This document shows positions 1-10,512 of a DNA stretch of 64,000 bases, in pieces. The DNA lies in assembly GCA_965238175.1 (NCBI GenBank), contig CBDEGZ010000003.1, positions 672,001 to 736,000 of the forward strand, in the 5' to 3' direction. The stretch is from Gammaproteobacteria bacterium. Lineage in GTDB: Bacteria; Pseudomonadota; Gammaproteobacteria; CAJXQU01. How positions within the stretch are numbered: the stretch's first letter is position 1; the number at the start of each line of letters is the position of its first letter. The position numbers were made by a program, and so were the translations under genes. A model generated the notes under the pieces. The model searched no databases and had not been told where the DNA came from. It was given only the letters and a program-made list of their open reading frames with translations.

Positions 1-162
1 TATGTTTTATAACTTTGTCATTAGTATGAATCATGAGAGTTACCTCTTTGTGTTTTGATGTTTACGTTGCAGTTACATCAAAGCGGGTAACTCTCACTAA
101 ATCAAGCGTCGCTACGCTCCGCTTGATTTAGTGATGTGTCAGATTGGGTCTAAACTTCTACA
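1..162 (-). mobile_element. IS481-family element, left end (truncated by window edge); transposase ATG at 34
   Basis: Reverse complement matches the left ends at 3706 and 6004 (TGTAGAAGTTTAGACCCAATCTGACA...ATGATTCATACT). Confidence 0.95.
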
Positions 163-177
163 TTTTTATATAATCAT

Positions 178-2148
178 TCAAAAAAGCTCAATTTCAGACT
201 CAAATTCATCCGCAACTTCCACCTCATTGACTTCCGTTTTCGTATATTGACTGGCAAGCATACGCAACATACTCGCAGTTTGAGATAAGTCACCACTATC
301 GGACATTGTTTGACTCGCAGATTGTGATAGCTCTGCAGTCGCCATATTAATTTGGTTGATATTATCGTTAACTTGATTGGCTACAACACTTTGTGCGGCT
401 GCGGAATCTGCCATATTGTTATTCAAGCTCGCAATAGAAGTTATGGAATTCGCCATCTCCGTTAATGACTTATCAGCTTGTTTTGCACGTTCCATACCCT
501 TAGCTGCCTGCTCTCGACCACGATCCATAATATCAACAGCTTGATTAGTACCCTTTTGCAATTCTTCGATCGTGCTCTTGATTTCCCTTGTTGATTCAGT
601 TGTCCTAAGTGAAAGTGATCGAACCTCATCTGCAACAACAGCGAAACCTCGGCCAGCTTCTCCTGCTCTGGCAGCTTCGATTGCGGCATTCAGCGCGAGC
701 AAGTTAGTTTGATCTGCAATATCATTAATCATCGTAACAATAGAATCGATATTACGGCTATGCTCGTCTAGTAAGCGGACAGAGTCGTTTGCCTGATCAG
801 CATTAACAGCCATTTTTTCCATGGATTTGATCACTTCATTGAAAACATCACTTCCAACAGCTGCCGTTTGCACGGCTTCGTTTGCACCATCAGACGCAGT
901 TTGTGCATTTGCAGCAACACCCTCAATTGATATCGACATTGATCCGATTGCCGTTGCAATATGACTAATTTCATCTACTTGAGTCTGTATTGCTTTGGTC
1001 GTTTGATCTTTTGCATTTTGTGCTTTTACAGAAGATTCAATAATCTGATTAGAAGAGGTATTGATGGTCGCTAAAGTTTCTTCCAGTTTATCGACAATCT
1101 GATTAAACCAATGAGCAATATCATACATCTCATCTTTGACGATGATATCCAGCCGCTGAGTAAGCACACCATCACCTGTCGCGATTTCTCTCAACATAGA
1201 GATTATTTTACCTGTTGAATGGTTGACACTTTTTATCAAACTTATGGTAAATAGAATTATTATGAATGAAATGAGAGCTAGCACTCCATAAAACAATATA
1301 TGTGTATATGTCGTCGTCTCTTTATGGCCCTCCAATAACGCTATTTTTAGCTGGTTAGTTTGTGCGACGAGTTGGCTGAGTTTTGGTGCAATCTGGAGAA
1401 CGTCTTTTCGGAAAATAGTTGTTTTCTTTTCAATTTCTTTTGTGTTTTCTGTCAGCGCGTTGAATTTTCGAGCATAGCTATTTATCGCCTGACTTATTAT
1501 CGTTATAGAAATAGATTGTTGATGATCTGAACTACTCAATTGTTCTAGAAAATGCTTGTGTTCAGCATGTAATTTTTCGATATATTTATCTTGGTGACGT
1601 GCAATGAAATCTTTTTCATAACGACGCATCATCAACATTGAATTGCTTAAAGCAACGTTGCCATTATCAGAAAGTATCTTTTCAATTTCATGCACCGCAG
1701 CACGAAGCTCACCGAGTAATCCACTATTATGATCTAGACCATTGATAATTTTAAGTTGTGCAACTTCGTTAAACTTTTTGTTATATATTTTCACGAGTTC
1801 GTGAACATCAAGAACTAAAGCGCTATAACCTGGATCATCAAGCGATAATGACTCTAAATGTTTGAAATCTGCTTCTAATGAAGAAATAACTTCATCATGC
1901 ATTTTTAGATATTTAATATCATTTCTAAGCAAAAAATCTTTTTCTCGACGCCGAGCTTCTAATACTTCGATGTTGATCAAATGCACAGACTCATTGATTA
2001 GATCAAAATGATCATCAACTTTTTCAATCTTACCAGTAAGATAGTTAGTGTAGTGAAATGTTGCTGCTATGAATCCTATCCCTATAATGAACAGACTAAG
2101 TATCAGAATAAGCTTTTTCCTTATTGTGATATTTTTCACAAAATACAT
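178..2148 (-). CDS. Methyl-accepting chemotaxis protein
   Basis: Two TM segments, periplasmic sensor, HAMP and the signalling motif [31 protein letters not shown]. Confidence 0.95.
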   Translation of the reverse strand: MYFVKNITIRKKLILILSLFIIGIGFIAATFHYTNYLTGKIEKVDDHFDLINESVHLINIEVLEARRREKDFLLRNDIKYLKMHDEVISSLEADFKHLESLSLDDPGYSALVLDVHELVKIYNKKFNEVAQLKIINGLDHNSGLLGELRAAVHEIEKILSDNGNVALSNSMLMMRRYEKDFIARHQDKYIEKLHAEHKHFLEQLSSSDHQQSISITIISQAINSYARKFNALTENTKEIEKKTTIFRKDVLQIAPKLSQLVAQTNQLKIALLEGHKETTTYTHILFYGVLALISFIIILFTISLIKSVNHSTGKIISMLREIATGDGVLTQRLDIIVKDEMYDIAHWFNQIVDKLEETLATINTSSNQIIESSVKAQNAKDQTTKAIQTQVDEISHIATAIGSMSISIEGVAANAQTASDGANEAVQTAAVGSDVFNEVIKSMEKMAVNADQANDSVRLLDEHSRNIDSIVTMINDIADQTNLLALNAAIEAARAGEAGRGFAVVADEVRSLSLRTTESTREIKSTIEELQKGTNQAVDIMDRGREQAAKGMERAKQADKSLTEMANSITSIASLNNNMADSAAAQSVVANQVNDNINQINMATAELSQSASQTMSDSGDLSQTASMLRMLASQYTKTEVNEVEVADEFESEIELF

Positions 2149-2214
2149 TGTTCTATTTCTCTAATGATCATACCGATACTAATCGACAGAATTGCAATTT
2201 TCTTTAAAGTTGGA

Positions 2215-2385
2215 CTAACCTCAGAACCGCTAAGGGCCTGTTGTTCATTTCGTGAGATATTGATACTGGCTTTCTTAGGCTGGAAGGTATAGGCAATCAA
2301 TTCGGCTAACAAACTCATCAGGCTCCGATGGCGAGTATGCTCTATTTGAGAGATGTTTTTAGGTTGGTCAAACAGTCTCCATTGA
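2215..2385 (-). pseudogene. IS982-family transposase C-terminal relic
   Basis: Minus strand reads ETV/(frameshift)/DQPKNISQIEHTRHRS..LIAYTFQPKKAS, resembling the IS982 C-terminus (ETVFDQLKNISQIEHSRHRS...LIAY..QPKKP). Confidence 0.7.
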
Positions 2386-2568
2386 TCTGGTTAATGCCCA
2401 ACTATCTTGCATTACTTGTATAGGTTGCTTTTTATTTAATATTGACTCGAATTCAACAAATCCATACCTTGCAGCAAAATAAATTCCTGGAATGATAAGT
2501 GCAATACACCTAAGAACCACAACTACACTATAAAGAATCGATAAGGTCAGCAACTGACCAACCTTCAA
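2368..2568 (-). pseudogene. Fragment of a membrane protein (YciC-like)
   Basis: Hydrophobic IIPGIY...SWALT pattern; cut on both sides by IS relics. Confidence 0.4.
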
Positions 2569-2639
2569 AAATAGCTAATAGAATCAGTGGTTAATATATA
2601 AAAAGTGAACTTTCATAGTGTTGGTCGAACTGATCAATC

Positions 2640-3376
2640 AGCAAACATCACAAGTCGGTGAACACCATGAAAGCGCAAGTTAGAAAAGACAAATTGAACC
2701 GCCACATTGATGAGAAAAGCGAACGTGTTTGCCATCACACCTCGGAAAAGACATGACTACCCAAATACAGGCAAATCCCATATCAACGCAGAAAATATTC
2801 TTGAACGTCAGTTTTATCCGAAAACAATCAATACGCATTGGGTCGGTGACATCACCTATATTCGCACCCATCAAGACTGGAGTTATCTGGCCTGCCTACC
2901 TGATTTAACCTCAAAAGAAATTGTTGGCTGGGCGATGTCAAAACACCCCAATGCAGCATTAGCAAAGGGCGCATTGCGTCATACGATTCGAAGGCAACAA
3001 CCTGACACGAACCAATTACTTTTTCATTCGGAGCAGGGAGTACAGTATTCTGTTAACTAGTTTGTTGATTATCTCAACAAACTAGATATCACTCAGAGCA
3101 TGAATCGAAGAAGGAATTGTTGGGAGCAGCCTGCCCCACGAAGTGCTTTGGGCATAACAGTATCATGGAACGATTCTTCAGGAGTTTAAAAACAGAACGA
3201 TTGAATCAGTTAAGTTTTATCCAATCATATGGCTGCTGTTAGCACTGTCGAGAGTTCTCTCTATTTTATAACTACAAACGCTTACATTCTTCACTGGGCT
3301 ATATCACACCAGTACAGAAAATAGCAGAGTTGAAAAAAGTGGCTTAAATTTACTTCAAGATTACTTGATCATTACA
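2640..3376 (+). pseudogene. IS3-family transposase OrfB relic with right end
   Basis: WVGDITYI, IVGWAMS, FHSEQGVQY, NCW..NSIMERFFRSLKTE, with stops and frameshifts; ends ...TTGATCATTACA at 3376. Confidence 0.85.
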
Positions 3377-3705
3377 CCCAGATAGTGACCCGTCTTTTTC
3401 GTGGATTCTATAAGATGACTTTAGACGCTAATGGACAAGGAAGCAATAAAAAAGCCCACTAGAATGCGGGCTTATGGATGTTACTGAACTACAATTTGGT
3501 GCGACACCAAGAACCACGTAGAGCAATTAACTTATTGATAATTAATGGTTATGTTAATTATGTTTTTACGAGTTACCCGAATAGTTACCCGTTTTCATCA
3601 ATGTCACCCACACAAAAAGCATGTTTTTTGTTCACCATTTTTAACACATGACCTTTAAGGAAGCTGTTTACTTAAAGAAGGGGATTTATTTGATCTCTAC
3701 TAATT

Positions 3706-4931
3706 TGTAGAAGTTTAGACCCAATCTGACACATCACTAAATCAAGCGGAGCGTAGCGACGCTTGATTTAGTGAGAGTTACCCGCTTTGATGTAACTGCA
3801 ACGTAAACATCAAAACACAAAGAGGTAACTCTCATGATTCATACTAATGACAAAGTTATAAAACATAAAGTTGGTCTACTCAATCTCGCTGAAGAACTCG
3901 GCAATGTCTCAAAAGCCTGCAAGATGATGGGTTTGTCCAGAGATACATTTTATCGCTACAAAGAAGCGGCTGATGAAGGCGGTGTAGAAGCCTTGTTTGA
4001 TCGTAATCGGCGTACCCCAAATCTTAAAAACAGAATCGACCCGGCTATTGAAACCGTTGTGCTCGAGTATGCACTGGAAGAGCCCGCACATGGTCAAACG
4101 CGCACCAGTAACGAGCTGCGCAAACGGGGAACATTTGTCTCACCCAGTGGCGTTCGTTGTATCTGGCTTCGTCATGGTCTTGCTTGCTTTAAAGATCGCC
4201 TGAAGGCATTGTCTGATAAGGTAGCTGGTGAAGGCTTGATCCTCACTGAGTCTCAAGTCGCGGCGATGGAACGCAAGAAAGACGACGATGAGGCTTGTGG
4301 CGAGATAGAGACGGCACACCCTGGTTATCTTGGCTCGCAAGATACTTACTATGTCGGTACTTTCAAAGGCATTGGTCGGGTTTATCAACAAACGTTTGTT
4401 GATACTTACAGCAAGGTCGCTCACGCGAAACTGTACCCGACTAAAACACCGATTACGGCAGCTGACATGCTCAATGACCGCGTCCTCCCATTCTACGAAG
4501 AACAACGTTTGCCTATGTTGCGCATTTTGACAGATAGAGGGACGGAGTATTGTGGGCGAGCTGACCAGCATGATTATCAGCTTTATATGGCGTTGAACAA
4601 TATCGAACACACCAAAACCAAGGTCAAATCACCTCAGACGAATGGTATTTGTGAGCGATTCCATAAGACGATCCTCAATGAGTTTTATCAAGTCGCTTTG
4701 CGTAAGAAAATTTACCAATCGATTGATGAACTGCAACTCGACCTTGACGAATGGTTGCTCAAATACAATACTCAACGAACTCACCAAGGCAAAATGTGCT
4801 GCGGGAGGACGCCGATGGAAACACTCATCGACGGACAAGCTATCTGGAAGGAAAAGTTTGTGAATTAAACTTAACCTGACAGTCGGTTACTGATAATTGG
4901 GTAACTGTCAGATCAAATCTGAATTTCTACA
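3706..4931 (+). mobile_element. IS481-family element, 1226 bp, 7-bp direct repeat ACTAATT
   Basis: TGT...ACA ends with imperfect IRs; ACTAATT at 3699-3705 and 4932-4938. Confidence 0.95.
3834..4868 (+). CDS. IS481-family transposase
   Basis: N-terminal HTH; DDE core (SQDT, LTDRGTEY, NGICERFH). Confidence 0.95.
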   Translation: MIHTNDKVIKHKVGLLNLAEELGNVSKACKMMGLSRDTFYRYKEAADEGGVEALFDRNRRTPNLKNRIDPAIETVVLEYALEEPAHGQTRTSNELRKRGTFVSPSGVRCIWLRHGLACFKDRLKALSDKVAGEGLILTESQVAAMERKKDDDEACGEIETAHPGYLGSQDTYYVGTFKGIGRVYQQTFVDTYSKVAHAKLYPTKTPITAADMLNDRVLPFYEEQRLPMLRILTDRGTEYCGRADQHDYQLYMALNNIEHTKTKVKSPQTNGICERFHKTILNEFYQVALRKKIYQSIDELQLDLDEWLLKYNTQRTHQGKMCCGRTPMETLIDGQAIWKEKFVN

Positions 4932-4943
4932 ACTAATTTCTTA

Positions 4944-5498
4944 TTAAGTTCCTGCAAAACTTTCGGCAGTTGAATTAATTTCATGATGCGTCCTAAGAAC
5001 ATGTATGAGATCGAAATACATAATTCTCGTCTCCTCTTTTTTTCCCTTTTTTTCCATGTTTAAGAATCTAAACCCATTCTTTTCATAAAATTTTATGACA
5101 TTCTCTTCGTTATAAGCATCAACAACTAGAAACCTACAACCGGTCTTGTTACCAAAAGTAAACCAGCCTTTTAAATAATCGAGAATTTGAGTCCCTGAAC
5201 CTTTTCCATGTAAATCTTTATTAACTCCGAGCCTACCGATTTTAACCGCTGGTGAAGATGAATATCTTTTTCTTTTAGGAATTTTCTTTTTGACGCGTTC
5301 TCGTGCCGAACGGCCTGAGCAATCGCTCACTCGGATGGCATCATTAGAAAGGCTGAAAAAACCAAGAATTGTATCGTCATTCTTAGCGATATATGTGGCA
5401 GAAATTAGCTCACGGCTACCAAGTACCGAGTCTGTATGATAGAACTCGTCAAGATCAGAATCTCCACAAGTAAAGTCCGGTCGTTGCTCTTCTGGCAA
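4944..5498 (-). CDS. GNAT acetyltransferase, AtaT/TacT-like toxin
   Basis: FTCG..DLDEF, PAVKIGRLGV...HGKGSG, LVVDA, FYEKNGF motifs. Confidence 0.85.
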   Translation of the reverse strand: MPEEQRPDFTCGDSDLDEFYHTDSVLGSRELISATYIAKNDDTILGFFSLSNDAIRVSDCSGRSARERVKKKIPKRKRYSSSPAVKIGRLGVNKDLHGKGSGTQILDYLKGWFTFGNKTGCRFLVVDAYNEENVIKFYEKNGFRFLNMEKKGKKEETRIMYFDLIHVLRTHHEINSTAESFAGT

Positions 5499-5511
5499 CA
5501 GCCGGACTAAA

Positions 5512-5667
5512 TCAAGCTTTCCTGACTTCGAATTTGTTGAAGTTATTTTTTATCCTCTCGTACTCTTCACGAGACACTTTGTTGGATTCATCAGCTTTCA
5601 TGGCTTCACTGAATCTTTTTGCATCTTCGCCTGTAAGCACGGGGATCTCTTTTACTGCTCGTGCCAT
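5512..5667 (-). CDS. 51-aa putative antitoxin (MARAVKEIPVLTGEDAKRF...), absent from ORF track
   Basis: Hand-translated; SD GGAGAGAGG upstream; stop lies 13 nt before the GNAT start. Confidence 0.75.
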   Translation of the reverse strand: MARAVKEIPVLTGEDAKRFSEAMKADESNKVSREEYERIKNNFNKFEVRKA

Positions 5668-6003
5668 AGCTTTTTACCTCTCTCCAATGGTTATCGACAT
5701 GTCTTTGAGCGGCAAAACTTACAAAAAGTTTAATTATTATTTACTGACGCCCTAGTCAATAACTAGACGCATTGTATACAGGTAATGCTCAAAAGTTAAA
5801 TAACCTTGGCAAATACACCGTTTAGCCACTGTTAACAATCAACAAAAATAAGGCAATAAACATACCTATTGGTCGCAGTTTGAAGGTTTCTCATTGAACC
5901 CAACCTGAATTTCCTACTTTAAAAAAACCGTAAAAGGCCTATCCGTTATGTATATTTCAATACGCTGGAGGTAGTGAACCCTACAGTGAAAATTGCCTTT
6001 AAT

Positions 6004-7229
6004 TGTAGAAGTTTAGACCCAATCTGACACATCACTAAATCAAGCGGAGCGTAGCGACGCTTGATTTAGTGAGAGTTACCCGCTTTGATGTAACTGCAAC
6101 GTAAACATCAAAACACAAAGAGGTAACTCTCATGATTCATACTAATGACAAAGTTATAAAACATAAAGTTGGTCTACTCAATCTCGCTGAAGAACTCGGC
6201 AATGTCTCAAAAGCCTGCAAGATGATGGGTTTGTCCAGAGATACATTTTATCGCTACAAAGAAGCGGCTGATGAAGGCGGTGTAGAAGCCTTGTTTGATC
6301 GTAATCGGCGTACCCCAAATCTTAAAAACAGAATCGACCCGGCTATTGAAACCGTTGTGCTCGAGTATGCACTGGAAGAGCCCGCACATGGTCAAACGCG
6401 CACCAGTAACGAGCTGCGCAAACGGGGAACATTTGTCTCACCCAGTGGCGTTCGTTGTATCTGGCTTCGTCATGGTCTTGCTTGCTTTAAAGATCGCCTG
6501 AAGGCATTGTCTGATAAGGTAGCTGGTGAAGGCTTGATCCTCACTGAGTCTCAAGTCGCGGCGATGGAACGCAAAAAAGACGACGATGAGGCTTGTGGCG
6601 AGATAGAGACGGCACACCCTGGTTATCTTGGCTCGCAAGATACTTACTATGTCGGTACTTTCAAAGGCATTGGTCGGGTTTATCAACAAACGTTTGTTGA
6701 TACTTACAGCAAGGTCGCTCACGCGAAACTGTACCCGACTAAAACACCGATTACGGCAGCTGACATGCTCAATGACCGCGTCCTCCCATTCTACGAAGAA
6801 CAACGTTTGCCTATGTTGCGCATTTTGACAGATAGAGGGACGGAGTATTGTGGGCGAGCTGACCAGCATGATTATCAGCTTTATATGGCGTTGAACAATA
6901 TCGAACACACCAAAACCAAGGTCAAATCACCTCAGACGAATGGTATTTGTGAGCGATTCCATAAGACGATCCTCAATGAGTTTTATCAAGTCGCTTTGCG
7001 TAAGAAAATTTACCAATCGATTGATGAACTGCAACTCGACCTTGACGAATGGTTGCTCAAATACAATACTCAACGAACTCACCAAGGCAAAATGTGCTGC
7101 GGGAGGACGCCGATGGAAACACTCATCGACGGACAAGCTATCTGGAAGGAAAAGTTTGTGAATTAAACTTAACCTGACAGTCGGTTACTGATAATTGGGT
7201 AACTGTCAGATCAAATCTGAATTTCTACA
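6004..7229 (+). mobile_element. IS481-family element, second full copy
   Basis: Same 1226-bp sequence; one synonymous difference seen (AAG/AAA); no flanking direct repeat. Confidence 0.95.
6132..7166 (+). CDS. IS481-family transposase
   Basis: Protein identical to 3834..4868. Confidence 0.95.
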   Translation: MIHTNDKVIKHKVGLLNLAEELGNVSKACKMMGLSRDTFYRYKEAADEGGVEALFDRNRRTPNLKNRIDPAIETVVLEYALEEPAHGQTRTSNELRKRGTFVSPSGVRCIWLRHGLACFKDRLKALSDKVAGEGLILTESQVAAMERKKDDDEACGEIETAHPGYLGSQDTYYVGTFKGIGRVYQQTFVDTYSKVAHAKLYPTKTPITAADMLNDRVLPFYEEQRLPMLRILTDRGTEYCGRADQHDYQLYMALNNIEHTKTKVKSPQTNGICERFHKTILNEFYQVALRKKIYQSIDELQLDLDEWLLKYNTQRTHQGKMCCGRTPMETLIDGQAIWKEKFVN

Positions 7230-7245
7230 TTTCAACTCATAAATC

Positions 7246-7277
7246 AGGCGCACCTCGTAAAGGTTGCGCCTTTTTTA
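7246..7277 (+). terminator. Intrinsic terminator of a gene no longer adjacent
   Basis: AGGCGCACC...GGTTGCGCC followed by TTTTTT. Confidence 0.6.
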
Positions 7278-7299
7278 TGCGTGTCTGTTTAAAGTGACA

Positions 7300-7495
7300 T
7301 ATAACCGTGATACTTGGAAATGCTTCTTTGCAGGAGCGACTATGCGCATCGTCGTGTCTAGCTAGCCCTGAATAAAAAGAATACATCGCTCTGGACAACA
7401 GCTCCTGCGTTGTTCTACCTACGTGCATCCTGCACTCGTACCAACGCCATCCCTGAAGTTGTCTAAAACGCGCATTTCCAAGTATCACGGGGATA
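7300..7495. repeat. ERIC-like MITE
   Basis: 19-bp perfect IR CCGTGATACTTGGAAATGC (7305-7323 / 7472-7490), TA flanks, internal ACAGCTCCTGCGTTGTTCTACCTAC motif. Confidence 0.8.
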
Positions 7496-7564
7496 GAATT
7501 AACCAGATGCTCCTTAAGATAGAAATGTTATGATGTATGTAACGTAACTTTCTTCTTTAAACAA

Positions 7565-8089
7565 ATGCTTAAGAAAAATAATTTCTTTTTGATCGGCCCA
7601 ATGGGATCTGGTAAAACCACGATTGGTCGACAATTGGCACGTCGTATGAAGAAAACTTTTCACGATAGTGATCATGAAATTGAAGAGCATACGGGGGCAA
7701 GTATCTCACTGATCTTCGATATCGAAGGTGAAGAGGGATTTCGCATGCGTGAAAAAGCGATCATTGATGAATTAACCCAACAAGAAAATATAGTGCTTTC
7801 CACAGGTGGAGGCGTTATCTTAAACGTTGAAAATCGAAAGCTTCTCAAAAGTCGTGGAACTGTCATTTATTTACATGCATCCTTAAAAAAATTGTTCTAT
7901 CGCACTAGCAGAGACAAAAAGCGCCCCTTATTACAAACAGAAGATCCACGTGAGAAATTGCGACAAATAGTTGAAGAACGCGATCCACTTTATCGACAAA
8001 CAGCTGACTTGATTGTCGGAACAGAGGGCCGCACAGTACATCAGGTCGTTAGTTACATATTTCGAGAGGTTAGGACAAGCCAAAAATAG
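7565..8089 (+). CDS. aroK: Shikimate kinase
   Basis: GPMGSGKTT P-loop, GEEGFR, STGGG, RPLL. Confidence 0.97.
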   Translation: MLKKNNFFLIGPMGSGKTTIGRQLARRMKKTFHDSDHEIEEHTGASISLIFDIEGEEGFRMREKAIIDELTQQENIVLSTGGGVILNVENRKLLKSRGTVIYLHASLKKLFYRTSRDKKRPLLQTEDPREKLRQIVEERDPLYRQTADLIVGTEGRTVHQVVSYIFREVRTSQK

Positions 8090-8166
8090 GCGAGTCCGAA
8101 AGTAAAGAAAACAATGAAAAAATCCCAACAAAAAACAGACAATAAAAAAAACTCAGAAAAGAAACC

Positions 8167-9246
8167 ATGAAAGCCTTAACTGTCGAATTGGGAGAACGTT
8201 CCTACCCTATCTATATTGGACAAGATCTACTAGGTCGATCAGAACTATATAACCAGCATATTCGTGGGCAACAGATACTGATTGTCACCAATACCACGGT
8301 GGCTCCGTTGTATCTCGGCATCCTCGAAAAAGCGTTAGAATTATATTCTGTTGAATCGGTCATTTTGCCTGACGGTGAGGAATATAAAACTTTACAGACT
8401 CTGGATTTGATCATGACGGCATTACTGGAGAAAAGGTTAGATCGTAGTGTCACTTTGATTGCATTAGGGGGGGGGGTAATCGGTGATATGGCCGGTTTCG
8501 CTGCGGCATGTTACCAGCGTGGTGTTGATTTTATTCAAGTACCGACGACATTATTATCTCAAGTAGATTCATCCGTTGGAGGCAAAACAGCTGTTAATCA
8601 TCCTCTTGGCAAAAATATGATCGGTGCTTTTTACCAACCTCGTTGTGTGATCGCTGACATTGACACACTTAACACGCTCGATGATCAGCAATTGAGTGCA
8701 GGTCTGGCAGAGGTGATCAAATATGGCATGCTTGGAAATCAAACATTTTTTGAATGGCAAGAAAAGCACATGTCAGAACTTATTGATCGTAATTCGGAAA
8801 AGTTGATCTATGCCGTTGAGCAGTCCTGTCAAGACAAAGCGGATATTGTTGCAAAAGACGAACGTGAGTCAGGTGTCCGTGCATTACTCAATCTCGGACA
8901 TACATTTGGACATGCGATAGAAGCCGGCATGGGTTATGGAAAATGGCTACATGGTGAGGCTGTAGCAGCGGGAATGGTGATGGCAATGGACTTATCACAA
9001 CGTTCAGGGTGGGTTACTGAGCAGGATACACAACGGCTGATCAGTTTACTTGAAGCCGCTAATCTACCCACCAAAGCACCACAAGAACTCTCTGCGGAAA
9101 AAATGTTAGAACTAATGGCAGTAGATAAAAAAGCCTCGCAAGGAATGATCAGACTAGTCTTGGTAAAAGCAATTGGTGAGACTATTGTGGCTGCAGAGTA
9201 CGATCAAAAGTTGTTAATGAAAACTCTAAGCAGTTGTTGCGATTGA
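8167..9246 (+). CDS. aroB: 3-dehydroquinate synthase
   Basis: [33 protein letters not shown]. Confidence 0.97.
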   Translation: MKALTVELGERSYPIYIGQDLLGRSELYNQHIRGQQILIVTNTTVAPLYLGILEKALELYSVESVILPDGEEYKTLQTLDLIMTALLEKRLDRSVTLIALGGGVIGDMAGFAAACYQRGVDFIQVPTTLLSQVDSSVGGKTAVNHPLGKNMIGAFYQPRCVIADIDTLNTLDDQQLSAGLAEVIKYGMLGNQTFFEWQEKHMSELIDRNSEKLIYAVEQSCQDKADIVAKDERESGVRALLNLGHTFGHAIEAGMGYGKWLHGEAVAAGMVMAMDLSQRSGWVTEQDTQRLISLLEAANLPTKAPQELSAEKMLELMAVDKKASQGMIRLVLVKAIGETIVAAEYDQKLLMKTLSSCCD

Positions 9247-9265
9247 TAATGACCAACCAACGTCT

Positions 9266-10405
9266 GTGAACAAAATTCCTCTCGCGCCCTATGCTGCAAC
9301 GGATCAAAATTCCCGAGGTCGCATATATTCTGAAACAGATCCAGAATATCGCTCCTGCTACCAACGTGATCGTGACCGGATTGTCCACGCCTCAGCCTTT
9401 CGGAGACTGGAATATAAAACCCAAGTTTTCGTAAATCATGAGGGCGATATGTTCCGAACGCGACTGACACATTCGCTGGAAGTTGCCCAAATTGCTCGGA
9501 CAATTACCCGCGCATTAAACTTGAATGAAGACTTGGCTGAAGCAATTAGCCTGGCACATGATCTTGGTCATACTCCTTTTGGTCATGCCGGCCAGGACAC
9601 TTTGAATGCATGTATGAAAGGATACGGTGGTTTTGAGCATAATCTCCAGTCATTACGAATTGTGGATCAACTAGAAGAAAAATATGCTGGTTTTGATGGT
9701 TTAAACCTGACCCATGAAACTCGAGAAGGGATTCTTAAACACTGTAAGAAAAATAAGGCCAAAGAGTTAGGTGAGATAGGGCAGCGCTTCCTGAAAAAAG
9801 AGCAACCATCGTTAGAGGCACAACTGGTGAACATTGCCGATACGATTGCTTATAACAATCATGATGTAGACGATGGGTTACGTTCCGGGTTGATCACAGA
9901 AGAGCAACTTTGTGACACTGTTTTGTTTAAAGAGCACTATTTATATGTAAAAGAAACCTGGCCCGATCTTGATCAAAAACGCCAACGATATGAAACTATT
10001 CGAAGAATGATAAATGAGCTTACGATTGATTTAGTCACCACCAGTAAAGCCGCGATCACAAAAGCCGATCCACAAAATATAGATGATGTTCGTCAATGCG
10101 GAGAGGCTTTAATCCTGTTTAGTGAAAAAATGCGTAGGAAAAATCTAGAAATAAAACGTTTTTTGCGCGATCATCTCTACCATCATTACAAAGTCCATCG
10201 TATGACAGTTAGAGCAGATAACATCATCCGAGGATTATTTGGGGCATTTATTAATGATCCATTTTTATTACCCCACGATGTCAAACAACGCAGGCAAATT
10301 CGTGATGAAGATAAAATGCAATTAGCACGCCGGGTAGCAGATTATATTGCCGGTATGACGGATCGATATGCGATCGAAGAATTTGATCGAATTGTTGGTG
10401 GGTGA
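9266..10405 (+). CDS. dgt: dGTP triphosphohydrolase (HD domain)
   Basis: [38 protein letters not shown]. Confidence 0.93.
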   Translation: MNKIPLAPYAATDQNSRGRIYSETDPEYRSCYQRDRDRIVHASAFRRLEYKTQVFVNHEGDMFRTRLTHSLEVAQIARTITRALNLNEDLAEAISLAHDLGHTPFGHAGQDTLNACMKGYGGFEHNLQSLRIVDQLEEKYAGFDGLNLTHETREGILKHCKKNKAKELGEIGQRFLKKEQPSLEAQLVNIADTIAYNNHDVDDGLRSGLITEEQLCDTVLFKEHYLYVKETWPDLDQKRQRYETIRRMINELTIDLVTTSKAAITKADPQNIDDVRQCGEALILFSEKMRRKNLEIKRFLRDHLYHHYKVHRMTVRADNIIRGLFGAFINDPFLLPHDVKQRRQIRDEDKMQLARRVADYIAGMTDRYAIEEFDRIVGG

Positions 10406-10407
10406 AT

Positions 10408-10452
10408 ATACCCGTGCTACTTGAAACTGCAGGTTTCAAGTAGCACGGGTAT
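10408..10452. repeat. Minimal ERIC-like palindrome (terminal IRs only)
   Basis: 20-bp perfect stem ATACCCGTGCTACTTGAAAC with a 5-nt loop. Confidence 0.85.
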
Positions 10453-10512
10453 TAGAGAAGGTGAATAAATAAAGAATGATGCTAATATCATATTCAGGTA
10501 TCAGTAGAGGGG

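Noticed and set aside
3706-7229. Composite transposon carrying the GNAT module
   Set aside because: The direct repeat brackets the left IS alone and the outer flanks do not match, so the insertions look independent.
1-7229. Inversion between the opposed IS481 copies 1 and 3
   Set aside because: It predicts GTTGAAA after position 162; the sequence there is TTTTTAT.
7237-7488. 83-aa minus-strand ORF
   Set aside because: Lies across the MITE and terminator; no independent coding evidence.
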